In this document: in pieces, positions 60,352-64,000 of the stretch
Layout of the letters: each line of letters starts with the position of its first letter
Position numbering within the stretch: the stretch's first letter is position 1
NCBI GenBank assembly: GCA_043228905.1
Contig: JBHGNT010000012.1
Span: 5,952,001 to 6,016,000 of the forward strand
DNA length: 64,000 nt
Direction of reading: 5' to 3'
DNA from: Azolla caroliniana
Lineage: Eukaryota; Plantae; Polypodiophyta
Notes under the pieces: generated by a model
Seen by the model: only the letters and a program-made list of their open reading frames with translations
What the model was told of the DNA's origin: nothing
The model's database searches: none
Made by a program: the position numbers and the translations under genes

Positions 60352-61308
60352 TGTTGGGAGACAGGTCCCTCCGGATGGGAAGGGATAAGAACAGTGCCGA
60401 TGAACAAATGGTCGAGGCCGAAACCGGATGAGGAGTACCCGGCTACGGAGAGCCGGATGGTGCAGACCCGGTATGAACCGGATGAGGAGTACCCGGCTAC
60501 GGAGAGCCGGATGGTGCAGACCCGGTATGAACCGGATGAGGAGTACCCGGCTACGGAGAGCCGGATGGTGCAGACCCGGTATGAACCGGATGAGGAGTGC
60601 TCGGCTACGGAGAGCCGGATGGTGCAGACCTGGTATGAACCGGATGAGGAGTACCCGGCTACGGAGAGCCGGATGGTGCAGACCCGGTATGAACCGGATG
60701 AGGAGTCATACCGGATGAGGAGTACCCGGCTACGGAGAGCCGGATGGTGCAGACCCGGTATGAACCGGATGAGGAGTACCCGGCTACGGAGAGCCGGATG
60801 GTGCAGACCCGGTATGAACCGGATGAGGAGTACCCGGCTACGGAGAACCGGATGAAGAGACATATTCGTAAATATGTTTTCTGATAGTCCACCGAGGCTA
60901 TATTTGTAAATAGCCGAAAAGTCATATTAGTATAAATATGACTTAGGGCAAACTTTAGTTAGAGTTGTTGTCATTCTTGTTTGAAAAAGCATAGCGAGAG
61001 CGCGTAACTGTGTACAGAGAGAGAGAGAGAGAAAGAGGTCATTGCCTCTGTTGTAACCGCCGCCTGTGGCGAAGATATGTGAGCACGAGGTCGGTGCCTC
61101 AGTGAACTCACGGTTGTATATTCTTACATAGTGACAGTTTGCAGCCTGTGGGCTGCCGTGGTTTTTTCCCCTAGTTTGGGGTTTTCCACGTGAACCTCCT
61201 GTGTATCTCCCTCTTCTTCTTGTCGTGTTTTATTTCCCGTTTTCTGTGTATGATCCTAAGCTCAGTTGTGGCCGAGCATTGCGTATAGGGAGCGTTGAGT
61301 TCCCGTCA
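60352..61308 (+). mobile_element. Solo LTR (957 bp) related to the Tork-like LTR, with a 54-bp tandem array (~8 copies, 60424-60855)
   Basis: TGTTGGG...GTCA, perfect TSD TAATG; shares GTCCCTCCGGATGGGA, GAGGCTATATTTGTAAATAGCC, TATAAATATGACTTAGGGCAAA with the 50597 LTR. Confidence 0.92.
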
Positions 61309-61610
61309 TAATGATGCTCCATGTTGTCTGGTTAGAATCGGATTCTCCTTGATTCGATGCACCTCTTTCTGTGTCGTACTCCGACATCTTCATCTTTCCC
61401 TTCTTTTTGAGCGTATACCGTCTCTTTGGTTTCTTGCGTGGGGAGTGCACGATTGAATCTTCACTGCTTGCTGGTTCTTCATTCGGCCGGTTATTCCGAC
61501 TCAGCTCTTCATTTGGGCCACTAAGCCTGAATGAAATCAAACTCTCTTCTAGAGTGTTGATTTCTTCTTCATCATCTTCCTCCCAGATCATGTCGGTTGT
61601 CGAATATTGG

Positions 61611-63940
61611 TCTATAATGGCCGTATTCACATTGTATGTTGGACAATGTGTCTCTCATTATGTTATGAGATCTTGCTCTCACTTGCACACTCAGTGATCT
61701 GCATTACAAGGTGTTGTTTATGTTTCCACACTGACGGCCTTAGTTCCCAACATCTGGTATCAGAGCGAAGGTTTTTCAACTCGCTGCCAACCGTCATCAG
61801 TCCTCAACAGCATTCTTGCTTCACTTCCCTTGAAGAACCCGAGTTCAAGATCTCATATTGAGAAGAGAAAGAAAATAGAAGATTTGCACTCTACTGAGCT
61901 AGATCACTCTTCAAGTAAGCCAACCGGCAACACCTTGCTTCTGTGATTACAGCCACTCAGAGTGGAATATCTATTAAATCAGCCTCGATCGTGCTTTACC
62001 AGGTTAGAAACCATCCACTCATTTATTGTAACCTCTCAAAGCAGATCCAGCTCCAGGAAACAACCCCTATACGTGCTTCATTTGGCTAGACGACATTTGA
62101 GAGGACCAGTCAGCTCCGTCCCTCTCATCATCATAGTCACTCAAAGCAGGATTGGCCTGGATAATCGACACAAAATTTGTGATCGACTTCGTGAAATCGG
62201 CATCGGAATTGAATCAACAGATTCGATTGTCCAAATCGGGAAGCCGATTCGACTTGGGTTCGAATCCGGTAGTAGAACGATATCGGGTGAGCTAGTCGGT
62301 TGCATCCCACCAGTGTGAACTACGAACAGAGTCTAACAAGTAGACACAGATGGCATCAACATCCGGCTCATCAGAGATGAGTCTAAGGAAGTTCGACGGA
62401 TCGAACTTCAACTTCTGGAAGGAGCAGATGCAAGACTATCTAATAGTCAAGGGTCAGATAGATCCAATCGAGAACGAAAACCCTCTAGAAGGAATCAAGC
62501 TGGATGAGTGGACGAAACTCGATAGAATTGTCTGAGCCACCATTTGGATGCACCTGTCAGAGTCACTGTACTTCACAGTGGAATTGTGTTCAACAGCCTT
62601 TGAACTATGGAAGACATTGTCAGACACTTATGAGAAGAAGGTAGCCGTCACAAAGATATGTCTAAATCAATGCCTTTACAACCTTCGGATGAAAGAATCT
62701 GACTCGGTCTAGACACACTTGAATGAGTATGAAAACTTAAGCTCCCAGATTTCGGCTCAGGGGACGACAATTGAAGATGAACTGAGAGCAATGTTGCTCA
62801 TGAATAATGACCCCCCTTCGTGGGAAACTTTCGTGACAACTATGTGCGATGCTTCTATTGCCGTTGTGAAGTACTCTGAAGTTACGAGCGCAATACTGAC
62901 TAAAGTAGCCCGGAGGAAATCATTTGCAAAAGACTCGACAGATGAAGCTTATATAGTACAAGGTTCAACCGACCGATCGAAAAGTCGAGGAAGAAGTTCT
63001 TCCTGACAGCCGAACAATCAGTGAAGTCGGAGCAAGTCCCAGGACAATTGAATCTGCAACTATTACAAGAAACCCAGGCACATCAAAGCCGATTGTTGTG
63101 CACTCAAAGCCAAGAAAGATAAGGCTCAACGAGCTGATCAAAAGAGTGGCTGGCATGAAGAGGTCAATTACGTCGGCTCTTCAACCGAAGTAGTGTCGAA
63201 TGACCCAAACATACTATCCATTTAAAACCTAGTTGAATCAGAAGTTCTACTTACGACAGAGGAATTGAGCACATGGCTCTTGGATTCGGGTGCATCCTAC
63301 CATGTGACTCCTCATAGATCCCAGTTTCGGCAATATTTGGCCTAACACTGTGACTCAGTATGAGTCAGAAATTCGCAACACTGCGCTATTATGGGAATCG
63401 GCATTGTAGAACTCAATCTCCCAGGTGGTTCTACATTAGTACTACACAATGTCTAACATGTACCTGATCTCTCAAGCCATTTGATCTCAGTCAAACAATT
63501 GGATAAAGATGACATCCATGCCTTCTTCTCATCAAGAGGGTAAACACTTCACAAGGGGAACCTCCTACTTGCTTGAGGACTGAAAGTACATTCTCTGTAC
63601 TCGTTGTACGTCACACTCAGAGAGGGTGACTTGTTCTTGGTTGATATCCCTTTCAGACGTAGTGTTCAATGAGTCAGTTATGCACAAGACGGCCGAAAGG
63701 CCTATTGAAGTCTGATGGGTAACTTTTTCATATGTGTCAACTCTTCACGAAGGCCCAACCCATAACATGAGGTCGGCTTCATGGGTGGCTGAATCCTCTA
63801 GCACCAACTTGGCAGTCCGACTCGGCACAACCGAACGATTCGGCTTTGGACCATCCGACTCTAACACCCGATGCCATCAGTCCAGTCATACCTCCAGGAT
63901 CCTAAAGATTGTCACAACCCCAGGAGAGGTACTGTAAAGA
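61611..63940 (+). mobile_element. Degenerate copia 5' part: LTR remnant ending 61752, PBS 61755-61766, gag/protease remnants 62350-63650
   Basis: CCCAACA-TC-TGGTATCAGAGC; KFDGSNFNFWKEQMQDYL; WLLDSGASYHVTP; many stops. Confidence 0.85.
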
Positions 63941-64000
63941 AGGAAAGACGTAGGTGGTGCTATGAAACGAAAGAGAATTGTGTGTGTGTGTGTGTGTGAG

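Larger units (their letters stand above)
41317..61610 (-). mobile_element. Degenerate copia (same family as the 21925 element) split into 41317-42487, 60026-60351 and 61309-61610
   Basis: RNaseH (DRRSTSG, SSTEAEY, HARTKHIEVHYHF) and RT pieces rejoin across S2 at VHVVL|[12 protein letters not shown]. Confidence 0.85.

Noticed and set aside
60336-60925. Repetitive-peptide ORFs on both strands
   Set aside because: They arise from the 54-bp U3 array of a solo LTR; no evidence of coding function.

Overview
Plant genomic window (probably a non-seed plant such as a fern or lycophyte; inferred only from the TE lineages present). The first ~2 kb holds the only host gene, a two-exon BOI/BRG(SBP)-type RING E3 ligase. 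From ~6.8 kb onward the window is a deeply nested transposon stack: several degenerate Ty1/copia elements, one intact young Tnt1/Tork-like copia, a tRNA-Trp-primed Ty3/gypsy lineage (a full element, a young gag-only element and two solo LTRs, all with CpG-centred 4-bp TSDs and, in three of the four, a tRNA-like cassette inside the LTR), solo LTRs and a truncated LINE. The most notable content is a pair of large (~10.5 kb core) DNA transposons at 22317-33023 and 42488-60025. Both have ~25-bp GGG-start TIRs, 4-bp TSDs and a DDD transposase (Sola2-like; intact 863 aa in the first). Both carry a convergent multi-exon RING-H2 cargo gene, and the first adds an FCP1/HAD-like domain. Each has its own palindromic motif (TAGCTAATTAGCTA vs TAGTACTA) placed just inside the TIRs and amplified into kb-scale intronic arrays, an architecture reminiscent of sequence-specific transposon anti-silencing systems. 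All coordinates were read by eye; no searches were run.
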